NCBI GenBank assembly: GCA_964016885.1
Contig: OZ024743.1
Coordinates: 110,918,001 to 110,982,000 of the forward strand
DNA: 64,000 nucleotides
From: Eledone cirrhosa
Lineage: Eukaryota
Direction: 5' to 3'
The translations under genes were made by a program, and so were the position numbers. The number at the start of each line of letters is the position of its first letter. Positions within the stretch are counted from its first letter, which is position 1. Under the pieces are notes generated by a model, which worked only from the letters and a program-made list of their open reading frames with translations, had not been told where the DNA came from and made no database searches. Below are positions 1 through 12,849 of this stretch, piece by piece.

Positions 1-53
<53 letters not shown>

Positions 54-946
54 ATGTGTGTGTGTGTATGTATGTCCGTGCGCATGAATGTGTACGTACA
101 TGTGCGTATGTGTGTGTATGTATATCTTTATATGGGTTCTTATATAGAAGTACTTATTTTTTTTCATATATGTGTGTATGTGGTTGTATATATATTTTGT
201 CATGTATATTTGTGTGTGAATGTATTTATATGTTTTTCGATATATGTATATTCACCTACATTTATATATATGTACCTATACGTGTGATCGTGAGTATATG
301 CGTGCGTATCAATGTGTGTGCATTTGAGTATGTATATGTGTGTACATATGTGTGTATGTTTATATATATGTGTGTTTATAGGTATGTATAGATGTATATA
401 TGTGTGTATATATATATATATGTGTATGTATACATGTATGTGCTTACATGTATGTATTCATGTGTGCGTGTATATGTATTTGTATGTATACACTTATCTA
501 TGTATGTGTTTGTACTGTATTTATTTATGCGTGTGTATTTTTATATGTATGTGTATGTGTATGTATGTATATGTGGATATGTATGTGTATGTGTATGTGG
601 TATATATATATATATATTTATTTTATTTTGTACATTACTACGTGGGTTTGTTTATTTATTTTTATTTGTGCCTTTCCCCTCTTACGCATCGCTGTCAACT
701 TATTAATTTTTTTATTCCCTTATTTTATTTTTTTTTTATCGGACTTTACTTTGATTTCATGTATATGTATTTTGTTTATTCATTTTTATTTATTCTTATA
801 ATTATATATGTGTGTGTGTTGTGCGTGTGTGTGTCTGTGTGTGTGTGTGTCTGTGTGTGTATATATATATGTATGTGTATGTATATGTGTATATGTGTAT
901 ATGTGTATATGTGTATATGTATGTGGGTGTGGGTGTATATATATGT
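1..946. repeat. Compound (TA)n/(TG)n/(TATG)n microsatellite
   Basis: Direct reading; ORFs here are low-complexity YI/CV translations. Confidence 0.95.
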
Positions 947-1064
947 ATCGCCTTGATCACCTTGACCGACCAGTCTGTCGAGCGCCAAACGCCGCCGCTA
1001 GTGACAGCAGGTCGTACACTTTTGGCCATAAGATAACGTCATCCCACTGGCTGGGCGTGCAGGC

Positions 1065-1068
<4 letters not shown>
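947..1068. mobile_element. Short GC-rich interspersed element inside a microsatellite, with imperfect inverted ends ATCG...CGAT
   Basis: 122-bp GC-rich island; start atcgccttg..ccagt resembles the reverse complement of the end (atcggcctg..ccagt). Confidence 0.45.
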
Positions 1069-1102
<34 letters not shown>

Positions 1103-1482
1103 ATATGTATGTATGTCTATGTATATATATATACATATGTGTTGTTAATTTATGTGTATGTATGTGTATATATATATATATTGGCATATGAGTTCGTGCG
1201 TGTGCGTTTTTATACTTATATATTTATTTTTATTTTCTCCTTTTCTTCTTCTTCCTCCAGCCTCACTTTCATGTGCCTTATATTTTTGTTTTTCAGATCC
1301 ACATTCAATAAAATTACCAGGATTTTTTCCATTCTGATGACTGAAAGCACATGTGTTTGCTTTCAACAATCAACTGATAAATGAAATAATTATATTATGT
1401 TGTCTATTACATAACTAATAAGCCCTGTAACCTACATAGAGTACTCTTTTTTCCAGGACCTTTCCGACGGAATTACTTCATT

Positions 1483-1606
<124 letters not shown>

Positions 1607-2049
1607 AAAGTTCTATTTAAAATTGTTGGGATACAACAAGTAAATATTTTTTATAACTGATATAAAGCACTCGACAAGTATTTATATTTATTTTGTATAT
1701 ATGTCTGTATGTATACATGAGTGATGCGTGAAGACGCACGCAGATATTTATTTATGCATATATAGGTGTATACGTATATGTGTGTGTGTATGTATGTATG
1801 TGGGTAAGAGTTATGTTGCATAACGACGCAGTTTGGATTGCAGATATGCATAATTTTAACAACATGTTAAATGCATGAATGGTAATCATATATATGAAGA
1901 CATGAATGTTAATCGTATATATTTATGTATATATACTGTGAACTTTTTATAACACAAGGAATGTATAGCAGTATTAAGAGAAATCGTCTGCGTTTTATAT
2001 GTCTATATTGTTGACTTGAGTAAATATAATTTCTATTTTCAGGACGTGC

Positions 2050-2089
<40 letters not shown>

Positions 2090-2689
2090 GTGTCTTTGCC
2101 TAAGATACTGACTTCTCTAGCAATGTGTACCTTTTGGAGATTGAACCCAAATGTTGGTATATTGATCTCAAGTTTTAAACTAAACATATAGTCATTATTA
2201 AACAATGTTTAATTTCTCATATTATATATTTATGTCCCATTCATGAATATTAATATTTATATTTTTATTATTCATTTCATATGAATTGTTAACTCAACTT
2301 AATATGACATGACGTAAAGTTTTCATAATCTTCCTCACTCTCTATATAATATTTCTCTCTCTTGAGTTTTTCTATCTGTCTGTTGACTTATTATCTCTTT
2401 GTTGCTTTCCTCTGTTTTTCTTATTTCTTCCTTTTTTCTTCTTTCTTCCTTTCCTCCTGTCTTTACTTATCTCTTTCTTTTTTCTCCATGCATCTCTCTC
2501 TCTCCGATATTTTTCCACGTTTTTTCTTTCTCTCCGTCTTTTTCTTTCTCTCCGTCTTTTTCTAATTGTCCTTAACACTATGACTTAATAAAGTAATATA
2601 AACAAATCACTATCCGGATGGCTTCCAAAAACAATGGTTGCATTTTAAAAGGGTACGTCAAAGCTTATTTGTAAAACTGTTATATATTG

Positions 2690-2754
2690 TATTTTGTCTG
2701 ATGAAGGCATACCATAATTTAATTTGGTATCCCTGAAATATGTATAATGAAATA
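2690..2754 (+). ncRNA. Type I hammerhead ribozyme motif in a ~200-bp repeat (paralog at 41573)
   Basis: Stem I TATTTTGT/ATGAAATA; CTGATGA; stem II AGG-c-ATACCA/TGGTAT-c-CCT; GAAA-TATGTA-TA. Confidence 0.75.
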
Positions 2755-2793
2755 GATATGGTTTTATAAATATAGTTTCCATTTATTAATATC

Positions 2794-2838
<45 letters not shown>

Positions 2839-2924
2839 TATCGGTTAATTTAATTTATTCGGTCCTCAATGTTGCCATTGACTGACCAACGGATACAATA
2901 TAGACACAAACATATATATATTTT

Positions 2925-2966
2925 ATCAAAGTTCTTTCGTTGCACATCTGCAACACCGTCAGTGTT
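2925..2966 (-). ncRNA. Degenerate hammerhead motif in a PLE-terminus remnant (2842-3080)
   Basis: Minus strand CTGACGG-T-GTTGCA gatg TGCAAC-GAAA-GAAC-TT. Same GAAAGAACT junction as the HHR at 35877. The remnant ends in atgaccctccccaagtataacaat, like the PLE ending at 36078. Confidence 0.4.
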
Positions 2967-3074
2967 GCTATTATGTATCCTCCCGTTGCATTGTACGCTT
3001 ACGGCAACCAAACAGTGAGTCTGTTCTGTTATTAATTCTGGGAATATTACAGAAATATGACCCTCCCCAAGTAT

Positions 3075-3115
<41 letters not shown>

Positions 3116-3124
<9 letters not shown>

Positions 3125-4136
3125 TAACAAAGAACGCCTATAGCATATGCATATCTTTACTTGCTAACATTGTTTCATCCGCACTATAAGTGGGACGTCT
3201 CCATTGCATTGCAATGGTCAAGTGATACTGATAACTGTGACACTTACTGCCTTCGTGGGCCCCTGATATATTCAAGAGATATATTCTAAAAAAATATATA
3301 TCTTATCTCAATTTACTTTATTTTATTTTAGTTTATTTTATTTCATTTCATTTTATTTAATTTTATTTATTTAATTTTATTTATTTAATTATATCTTATA
3401 TTATATTATTTTATTTTAGTTTAGTTTATTTTATTTTAGTTTATTTTATTTTATTTTATTTTATCTTATTTTATTATTATATTATATTATATTCTATTTT
3501 ATATAATTTTAATTTTAATTTTATATTATTTTATTCTATTTTATTTCATTCCTTACCCTGTATCACTATTATCTGTATATTTTATATTTTATATGTATGT
3601 TTTTTAATACTTTCTTATATATATTATAAGTCTATTTTTTACCTATTTTTCACCTATTTTTTATCTACTCTTACCTAATCCTATCTATCTTATCTATTCT
3701 TGTCTGTTCTCTTATCCATGTGTATGCTTGTATGTAACTATATGTTGACAGCACCCCGCCCAACTGTGACTGATAGCACCCCTTATTTTTCAATTATTTT
3801 TCATTGTTTATTTTTTAACGTTTATTTTTATTTTTATTTTTATTTTTATTTTTATTTTTACTTCCTCAATATCTTTTATCTTTTATTATTTTTCATTCTT
3901 TATTTCTTCAATGTCTTGGATTTGTTATTGCTTGTGTGGTATGTAATTAACCTTTATGCTCTGATGAGTCCCACTTATAGTGCGGATGAAACAATGTTAG
4001 CAAGTAAAGATATGCATATGCTATAGGCGTTCTTTGTTATTAATTATATCACGGCTCTGTCCTCAGACATCGAGCTAACCTTATACTGCCTGTTGGATAA
4101 GTGGAGTATTATACACCCCTGATCCTCTCCCTAGTA

Positions 4137-4138
<2 letters not shown>
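3116..4138 (+). mobile_element. Non-coding HHR-bearing element with a 5' inverted partial terminal repeat, flanked by (TA)n
   Basis: 3116-3196 is the reverse complement of 3968-4049; internal (TTTTA)n; no credible ORF. Confidence 0.75.
3952..4009 (+). ncRNA. Type I hammerhead ribozyme motif
   Basis: Stem I CTTTA-TGCT/AGCA-ag-TAAAG; CTGATGA; stem II GTCCCAC ttata GTG-c-GGAT; GAAA-CAATG-TT (GUU site). Confidence 0.85.
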
Positions 4139-4175
<37 letters not shown>

Positions 4176-4367
4176 GATAAATCTACCAAAAGTTTACGGT
4201 AGTGTCCAATCCGTATGAAGAACTCAATGTAATCCGGATATCATGAAAAGAGAAGATGCATTCAAAAACTACTTTCGGTGAAAAATAAACGGAAAACAGA
4301 GTCAAGATAAATTAATAAAATAATGAATAAACAAAGCAACAGTTCCTTATACTAAAAAAAATTCATC

Positions 4368-4499
4368 ATTTTACGATCGTTTCTAGGATATATATGTGTT
4401 AGAGTTGGTATGCATATTCTATAGATCTATGTACAATATTTATACAAACTATCAGAGGGAATATACATACCTACACATATATATGCTGTCTTCAGAAAT
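4368..4499 (-). ncRNA. Hammerhead motif with long stem II insert (left arm of palindrome)
   Basis: Minus strand ATTT-CTGAAGA-cAGcATATATAT...ATATATATcCTa-GAAA-CGATCG-TA-AAAT. Confidence 0.6.
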
Positions 4500-4500
4500 A

Positions 4501-4613
4501 ATTTCTGAAGACAGCATATATATATCTGATAGTTTGTATAAATATTGTACATAGATCTATAGAATATGCATACCAACTCTAACACATATATATCCTAGAA
4601 ACGATCGTAAAAT
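4501..4613 (+). ncRNA. Hammerhead motif with long stem II insert (right arm of palindrome)
   Basis: ATTT-CTGAAGA ... GAAA-CGATCG-TA-AAAT; palindromic stem III; ~86 nt between core and GAAA. Confidence 0.65.
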
Positions 4614-4667
4614 GATGAATTTGTTTAATATAAGGAATTGTTTCTTTGTTTATCCATTATTTTATTA

Positions 4668-4723
<56 letters not shown>

Positions 4724-4725
<2 letters not shown>

Positions 4726-4900
4726 CAAATGAATTGTGGTAAGGAACCAGATGGACCATAACGCACCAGAGTACTTAATACTTAGGGTAGTAGAGTGTGA
4801 AATAGGAAAAAGTATGACCCCGACAGCAGAGCTCAAGCCGTTTCGATGGCTATTCCAGAAGTAACCGTTCAGCTCTGCCGTCGGTGTCATACTTTTTCCT
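4724..4900. mobile_element. Inverted-dimer repeat family B, copy 1, in (TA)n
   Basis: Shares terminus ...ggtccatctggttccttaccac..ttgtta (here on the minus strand) and gagctctgccgtcgg with copies at 5378, 20428 and 43745. Confidence 0.8.
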
Positions 4901-5166
4901 ATATATATATATAACATATACATTAGTGAAAAGTCAGAAGCCTTATTTCTATTACCAAATTCTTATTGTCTATGGTTAAACTCACTACTACCATTAGCCA
5001 CCTCCTTCTTCCAACACTCTGCCCATGATATCGCAATTACCCCCTCTCACTTAAACCCCATATCTTCCTTATTCATACCGTGTCATTGAAACCTTAGCTC
5101 TTATGATATGACCTTCTGATAAACAGGCTCAACTCCAGGGTAATGAAACTCAATTTCTAGCATCAT

Positions 5167-5349
5167 GATTGGCAGTATTAGTAGAGGGTCGGACGCCATG
5201 CTTTGCAACATAGAGTTATAGACCTTTATGATCTGAGTTCAAATCCCGCCAATGTTAACTTTGCTTTTCATCCATACGGGGCCGATAAAATAAAGTACCA
5301 GTAATGCACTGGGTATTTGCTGGCCTTGTGCTAAAAGTAGAAACAATTA
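5167..5349 (+). mobile_element. tRNA-derived SINE, family 1
   Basis: A box tggcagtattagt, B box gagttcaaatcc, central (c/t)tttcatcc.tacggggtcgataaaataaagtacc domain resembling the Sauria/Meta-type SINE domain. Confidence 0.85.
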
Positions 5350-5377
5350 ATTTACTCTTCATTCTTTATCTATATAC

Positions 5378-6360
5378 ATAGGAAAAAGTATGACACCGAC
5401 GCCAGAGCGCAAGCCGTTTCGACGGCTTTTTCTGGACTAAATTAGAATTTTTAGCCTGGTGAATAAATAGCCGAACTCTCAACGGGGTACTTCCTTATAT
5501 GGGAAGATTGTAGTTGTCAAGAGGATTGGTTAACATTTGTTGTAAACAGTAATAAGTCTATCATGGCATTTGGTGGGAGGTAGGGGTGGCTGAACTTGCC
5601 TGTAGAACCATAGAGGAGTGAGTGAAGCGGTCAAGCGTTGAATTGATATGTATACAGCAGATTCTAAGGATAGTGTATGAAGTGGGGGAGGGAGGTTATA
5701 GAATAGGTAAATCGAATGAGAGTAGGAGATAATAAAAGATAATAGAAATAAATAAAAATATATATAAAATTAGATAGTCAGAAATGTACAAAAAAATCAC
5801 AATGCTATCTTACAATTACAGGTTAATAAGTTGAGAATAGAAAAACTGATACAAAAATAAAAGGGGATTAACACGTCTCCTATAAATAGTTAGTAAAACG
5901 TATTCGGCCAATTATATCTTAAAATTACAGGGGTGGGGGAACTGATGCTACAGAGGCCCGATTGGCTGCATCGGGTAGGCAAGGGGAAAAGCAGACAAGG
6001 AAGAAAATAGTGGGTGGAAGGAAGTGATAGGATGAGACAGGGGGGAGAAGACAATGAGGAAAAGAAAAGAAAAGAGATACATCTACCTATGTAATCTGGG
6101 GTTATTTGTGGTTTTAACAAATTTTAACCACTCCTCCTGACAACTACAATCTTCCCATATAAGGAAGTACCCCCTTGACCAGTTCGGCTATTTATTCACC
6201 AGGCTAAAAATTCTAATTTAGTCCAGAAATAGCCGTCGAAACAGGTTTGAGCTCTGCCGTCGGGGTCATACTTTTTCCTATTTCCCACTCTATTACCCTA
6301 AGTATTGAGTACTCTGGTGCGTTATAGTCCATCTGGTTCCTTACCACATTTCCTTTGTTA
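5378..6360. mobile_element. Inverted-dimer repeat family B, copy 2 (~150-bp inverted arms around a non-coding spacer)
   Basis: 5378-5527 is the reverse complement of ~6133-6281; the right arm continues to the family terminus at 6360. Confidence 0.8.
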
Positions 6361-7336
6361 TATATATATACAATAACAACTATACTTATAAAGGACATTC
6401 AGGGAAATATATGAAAAAAGTATTGTAAATGTCATAAAAAAGTTTAAAGCTTTATTCAAGATGTATACATACACATACGCATACGGGATATGAAACGCGT
6501 ATGTGAACCTAACATAATTATATAAATATACATATATGCACAAATACACACGCACATAAGCACACACAAACACAAATATGAATACACACGCACACACACT
6601 CATATGAGCGCCCACACACATATGAACATTCGTACACATATACACATAAAATGCACGCAAACATATTAATAGGTACTTAACAACAAACAAGCATGCATGG
6701 ATACATACATCCAGATATGAATACGAATATACAAGTTCAGTTTATAGATGCATATATGCGTGGGCCGGATGGGGTTATGGATACGTGGTGATAGTAGAAA
6801 GAGAATGGGTGCGGTAGTGGTGGTGGCAGAGAATTAAAGAATTGAATAATTAAAGAAATTGTTACTCTGAAGTTTATAGAAATATGATCTATGATGGAGG
6901 GCTGATTGATATGTATCCGTATGGTATTGGTTTTATGTAGATATGTGAAATATAAAATATGGAGATATAACTACGATAGGAGCGCAAAATATTATGAGAT
7001 TATGTATGATGATGGTATGGGTGTGTGTGCGTGTGTGCGTGTGTGCCCACACTAGGGGTACATTAGCTATGAGGGATAAAAGTGGTAAGGAAATACGAAG
7101 AGTTGAATAATTGGAAATTGCAAAATTTGAAGCATAAATAGAAGAAAATAATAAAATTATTAGGAGCAAATAATAGAATTTTCTTAAAAGTATTTTGTGA
7201 TCCTATGTTAATATGCGTGTTCATGAATCTCGTATATATATATATACATCCTTGAAACACTTGTCATAATATGTTATAATTTATTAAATTCTTTTTTTAT
7301 ATATAATACCTTTAAGGTCTTTTATAAGTAAATATA

Positions 7337-8433
7337 TATATATATATATATATATAGCTAGGGAAGCAGAACATCGCTTTTTGTGATCCAGTTCGTGGTT
7401 AAGAAAGCCAGTTTCATGGATGGTTTCAACGTACGGTTAGAGGTAACTCCACATGTTTGTAAGAATTCTGTTCAATCTTGGAGTATAAAGTATAAAAGAG
7501 AAAACTCAGGTAAGCATTAAGAGAAGGATTTTATCGAGGTATTTACGACCTTTTCATTGGTAAGTGCAAACTTATATTGCTATACTGCAAATAGCAGCCA
7601 CTCAATTATAATTGTCGTTCACAGTCCACATTTTCAAAATAGTGAGTAAGTTACTCTTGAAATAATTCTTAATATATTTGGAATTGTATTTACTAGTATA
7701 GACAGAGAGGAATCAGAAGGTGAGGGGACAAACGGTATAGTATAGAGAGAGAGGAAGGGGGAAGTGTTAAAAAGTAGAGTGACAAACTGAGATAGAGGGA
7801 GGGGTGGAGGTGGAAGGATTCCTTGATCAGTTTTGTAAAATGAGCTATACTTGTGCACGTGCGTAAGCATGTGTGTGTGTGTGTGTGTGTGTGTCTATGT
7901 GTGTGTCTGTGTGCGTGCGTTATTATACTCCGTAAGAAGCTAAGAAAAATGTGGGTGTATATGTGAGTAAAAGAGCGTGTGTGCATGTAAGTACGAAGCT
8001 ATGAGCAAAAGTATGTTAATATTAGGGTGTGTATGTGTGTATACAGAGCAGTCAAGGGAAACGTGGAGTGAGCATATATAGTCGACATGTATTAGTTGTA
8101 AGAAAATATGTTAATAATCAAGATACAGCGATAGGAATCTACGGGTGTGATAATGGACGGGGTATTAGAGAAATTGAGCTGAGTTGAGTCCATGAGGGGA
8201 ATAGGAACCAAGGTGGTAAATTAGACTTTGTTCAGACCTGGGCGTGAGGCCTGTGATCCATGATGTAAAAGGACACCCTGGACTGAAACATGTAGGGAAG
8301 AATGACCAGAGGAACAGAAATAACGGGCGACAGGAGTACAGAATCGTATGTCTTCAAATGCTCCGCAAAACGGTCCGCCATACGGTGTCCGTTTGTCCGA
8401 TATATAACGATCCGCAAAGAGAACACCGGAGGG

Positions 8434-8436
<3 letters not shown>
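7337..8436 (-). mobile_element. PLE 3' remnant: frameshifted GIY-YIG endonuclease plus 3' terminal region
   Basis: Minus strand reads RCSLCGSLYIGQT / GHRMADRFAEHLK at ~8350-8432; bounded by (TA)n. Confidence 0.7.
7540..7641 (-). ncRNA. Degenerate hammerhead motif with U3-A8 core and long stem II, in PLE terminus
   Basis: TATT-TTGAAAA-...GTGAAC..TGCTAT/ATAGCA..GTTTGC..-GAAA-AGGTCG-TA-AATA. Confidence 0.4.
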
Positions 8437-8473
<37 letters not shown>

Positions 8474-8830
8474 TTCTATATCTGGTTTTAGATGCATGTA
8501 TATTTTGACCGGTTTGCCTGTATGCATATAATTCTATACATATGGATATTCCCTCCTCCACCACCAGCCGGCATCCCGACCCATCATATCGTATTTGCCC
8601 TTTCTCCAAAAACATCATCCTTCTGAAATTATTCCAGATGTATACTGATTTATACTGTCTGCCATCGAAACGTTGGTTGTTGGCAGATGACCCCGTGATA
8701 AACATGCGTAACTCCAGTGTAACAAGACTCGTATTAGCCTTAAAATAAAAGAATATTAAGTCTCTACTTTACTATTGAGCAATCCTTCCTCTCAGCCGTC
8801 AACCACATACGGACACACGTACACACACAG

Positions 8831-8938
<108 letters not shown>

Positions 8939-9134
8939 AGAGGGAGAAAGAGACGATTATTAGGAAGAAAAAAAAATATATATATATATATACAATAGAT
9001 TGAGTTAAAAATTCAAAATAGTCTTTTACAATTAAATAGCTCAAAATAGTATTTTTCAACCTAGCTAACTTGGACATTTGCAATTGGAACACATGTATAG
9101 TTATATTTATGTTCATCCCTCTCGTATATACAAT

Positions 9135-9210
<76 letters not shown>

Positions 9211-9914
9211 TGCGTGTGTCTGCGGGTGTGTGTATGTGTGTTTGTGAGTATGTCCACTTGTGTGCTTGTGTAATCACAATCATGGGATATATGTCTAATA
9301 TCTGAGGAAACATTAACTTGTCAAGTGAATGTCAGTTTCATATTTTGACAACGTTTGAACACTTCTTTTGACAGCCGTCTTCAATACCATAAACATCTTC
9401 ACAGATATAATAAAGCCTTTTTGAAATAGTATTATGTCACCAACATGTCTGTGCTCATATGAATTCGGTAAAAATTAGTGTGATATTATATATACAATGA
9501 TATATATATTCAGCCAAAACATTGAACCAAATGGTCCATTTTTGTTCTCCAGTAATGATGCTAAGATTTTCAGATCTAACACTCTTAACATTTAAATATA
9601 TGTAAATTATCGTATTTACTAAAAATAGTATGAAAAATATAAATACTATACTACGTCCTATAATTTGAAATATTAGCAACTGTGTTTATGCATGAGTCTC
9701 TCACTTTCACTCTTACTAAACATACCGATGAAGGAATAAGGTACTCAACTAATAAACCGAAATGAAAGTGAACTGGTGCCTTTATTTCCACTGGCAGCAT
9801 TTCACCACACCGCGCTTGTTCGATTATTTAACAGCTTTCGTTCCCTCGTTTCTTACAACACATGCCTTAGCTCTGACAATGCAACATTCGTGTTTTGCGT
9901 TAGGCAAAGGCAAT

Positions 9915-10097
9915 AATTGTTTCTACTTTTGGCACAAGGCCAGCAATTTCCCAGTCTATTACTGGGACTTTATTTTATCGACCCCGTAAGGATGAAAGGC
10001 AAAGTTAACCTCGGCGGGATTTGAACTCAGAATGGCAAGGGCCGTAACTCTATGCATCAAAGCATGGCGTCCGACCCTCTACCGATACTGCCAATGC
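9915..10097 (-). mobile_element. tRNA-derived SINE, family 1
   Basis: Reverse complement of the copies at 5167, 13955 and 47703. Confidence 0.85.
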
Positions 10098-10139
10098 AAT
10101 AATGCCAGTTGTTATGCCATTTCTAATCTTCTCTTTCAA

Positions 10140-10840
10140 TTTAGGTACTTGTTCTCTATCATTTCTAGTTTTTTATATTGCTCCTTCTCTACTAAAACCG
10201 CTCTGGAGAGCAAACGACCAACTGCTGTTAAGGAAACTCTCTCTCAAATTAGACTTGGCTAAATTGGTAACCCGGCCTCTGTAGAGTTTACTCAACGGGA
10301 ATATGTACTTAGACTTCCAGTGACTACGTCATTGCTGTAATGATCTATCTAATTCGCCCACGCAGAATACAAATTTACGATCTGAACAGAAGATCGTTCG
10401 GAAACGATCTAGATGCGTTTTGTCCAGGTCCACATTGATTCATTCGCGGAAACCTGCGTTACCTGTCAGAATCTTAGAACTGACTGAGCAGATAATTGAG
10501 GCCTTTACACCTCCACTTCTATTAGCTATACCGAAACAATCCCCGCGTGCCTCTCAGAAGCCTTTTCCGTGCCCCGCTCACCATAAAGGCCGGGAAGTTC
10601 CTAGAAAGGAGTCCATGTCCCTAAACAAATCCGGCTATCCTGACCCAGCCTGGACGCAGACGGCCATCGTTCTAAAAGTACCACCTACGCTATTGTTCAC
10701 GTTCATATCCAGAAAGATCGTCCTTATCTTGAGATCCAGGCCTTTTCTAAACAGCACCGTCACCACACCTCCATTTCCCGGCCGATAATAAGATACAGAG
10801 TTGGGAAAGTCGTCGAAAATGGGTGCTACAGCGCCTATGA
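10140..10840 (-). mobile_element. Decayed Tx1/L1-like LINE, ORF2 endonuclease region
   Basis: Minus strand aligns by eye with 63380-63990 (LFRDMDSFLGTSR versus IFRLLETFLGTSS). Confidence 0.6.
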
Positions 10841-10844
10841 GAAA

Positions 10845-11758
10845 TCCTGGTCTAAAAAATTATTGCACTCTTTTCGAAGAAATGGCGGTTGCGTAGTCCT
10901 GTACAAATATGACTCGTTTTGCATCATATAGCTTCCTAATCCAAGGCAACACAACTTATTTTATGATTTTGAGATATTCTGCATTGATTTTAAGATCCCC
11001 TACAATAAAATATCGAGGGAAACTTTTCACATTACATGCAACAGCTCTAGCATGACTATAATGGAACCCGGATGCTTGCTATGCAAAGCTGAAGGAATTT
11101 CGAAAGGGTCATACGTTATCACACGTGAGATTTAACGATTTGTAACTTCGTCTACTACGAACTTCTTTTCATCCACGAAGATGTAGATGTCTCCGCCTCG
11201 ATGTTTCAGATGACGAAGAAGTTTGAGACTTGTTTTAGCTTGAATTTCTTTGGAGCTGGTAGTTAATATGTTACGCTGTCTCCTCACGTACAATTTCATA
11301 TGGATGACTTTTATAACATACCTTGAAAATGTCATTTTACTGAATCTTTGATCTTGAGCCAAGCGCACCATCGATTTTGATGGGATCGACTCAATCGATC
11401 TTTTAAGTCCTGCTAAGAAGTGTATTATGCGTCTTCGGTCTCTGTGAGTACTGGGACTTTTTCCCTGAGCATAGTAACTTCTCTTTAAACAGGCTACAAC
11501 TCTAAAAAAAAGTACATTTGGCATAATTTGCGGCTCAAACCATCTCCCCAGCACATTTTCCAGCGCAGAATAATCCGGCAATTACACTTCTACGGTTTAA
11601 TTCTTTATTAACGTACTATTTACTTTTTTAATTCAGATTGAACATATGAATAATTGATTATTCAAGCTGGTAATATTTACAATTTTGACTCAAACAAAAT
11701 CAATACAATTTTAAATATACACATTCGAAACTTTTACAATTTACACTTTAAACCCTGT
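10845..11758 (-). mobile_element. Truncated Tc1/mariner-superfamily transposon remnant
   Basis: ORF 11132-11581 ends IFVDEKKFVVDEVTNR; downstream KHPGSIIV..VVLPWI..IFVQD; one end is TA+CAGGGT at ~11758; the other end is missing. Confidence 0.75.
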
Positions 11759-11808
11759 ATATATATGTGTGTGTGTGTGTGCGCGCGCGCGTGTGTGTGT
11801 GTGTGTGT

Positions 11809-11943
11809 ATCGAGAGTCCATCGACAGATAGTATTAGCATTTGGAAAGACCAATGGAAACATTGTTTCCTCGGTCCGATTGGGCGAGCTCCACCTCACTT
11901 CTTAAGCGAATGAGGTCTGGGATCTTGTCGATCGACTGTCGAT
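11809..11943. mobile_element. 135-bp MITE-like element with 18-bp terminal inverted repeats, between (TG)n and (CA)n
   Basis: atcgagagtccatcgaca ... tgtcgatcgactgtcgat, 16/18 complementary. Confidence 0.55.
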
Positions 11944-12849
11944 ACACACACACAAACACACACAAACACACAAGCACAAAACCACACACACACACATACA
12001 CACACGGACGCACACATACACACACACTCACACAACCACACACATACACACACACACACACACACACATACACGCACACGCACACAACCACACACTCACA
12101 CACACACGCGCATACACACACACACACACGCACTCACACACATACGTATATATACGTATTTATATAATTTGGCAACAATGCAACTGTTCCATAGACAGCA
12201 GTATTAAATAAAATACTCGTATTCTGAGAAAGCAATTACAAAAAGCGATCTGCAATTATTTTACGCGGCACCGCAAAGTCTGTACATATTTTAAAAATAA
12301 TGTACAGAATTATTTTAATTTTGAAAACTATATAAATCACCGAAATTTTCGAAAAATGTTATATGCCACTTCAGTCACGTGGTATAGAATTCGATAACTG
12401 AAGATCTCACAGTATACAAAATACCTTCCGTCGTATAGACTAATAATGAAAAAATATATATATAAGTTCCATATCATATATATTCTCATATATTTGTGTA
12501 AAACCAAGAAGTTTTATTTGCAGGACAGTGAATCATTAAACATTTTGAAAGCAAATCATCTTCAATATGGAAACCCGGGCTGTTATGAATTCCTTTTCTT
12601 TACAAATATATACGTTATTGCGAATTATTCGTTTTTCATCGTACATAAGCCGTCGGTATTGAATTAGCTTCTTAGAAATAATTATTGAAGGAAATGCGGC
12701 CAAATTAGTGCAGCATCATATTTAATGTTCCGTGTATTTGGTAAACACAAAATATAAAATACATATATGAGGAGATTTTTTATACATTATTCCAGCGCTT
12801 GGAAAGTCAGTAACACCATGACCAAGGCTAGTCAATAAAAGTGTTTGTT

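Larger units (their letters stand above)
4175..4672. mobile_element. Palindromic (inverted dimer) HHR element centred at 4500, between (TA)n tracts
   Basis: 4308-4499 and 4501-4672 are inverted copies with one ~20-nt indel; related sequence at 40860-41200. Confidence 0.85.

Noticed and set aside
1330-1398. CTGATGA followed by a TGAAAGCA/TGCTTTCA hairpin and GAAATAATTATA
   Set aside because: No convincing stem I and no closing stem II, so not callable as a hammerhead
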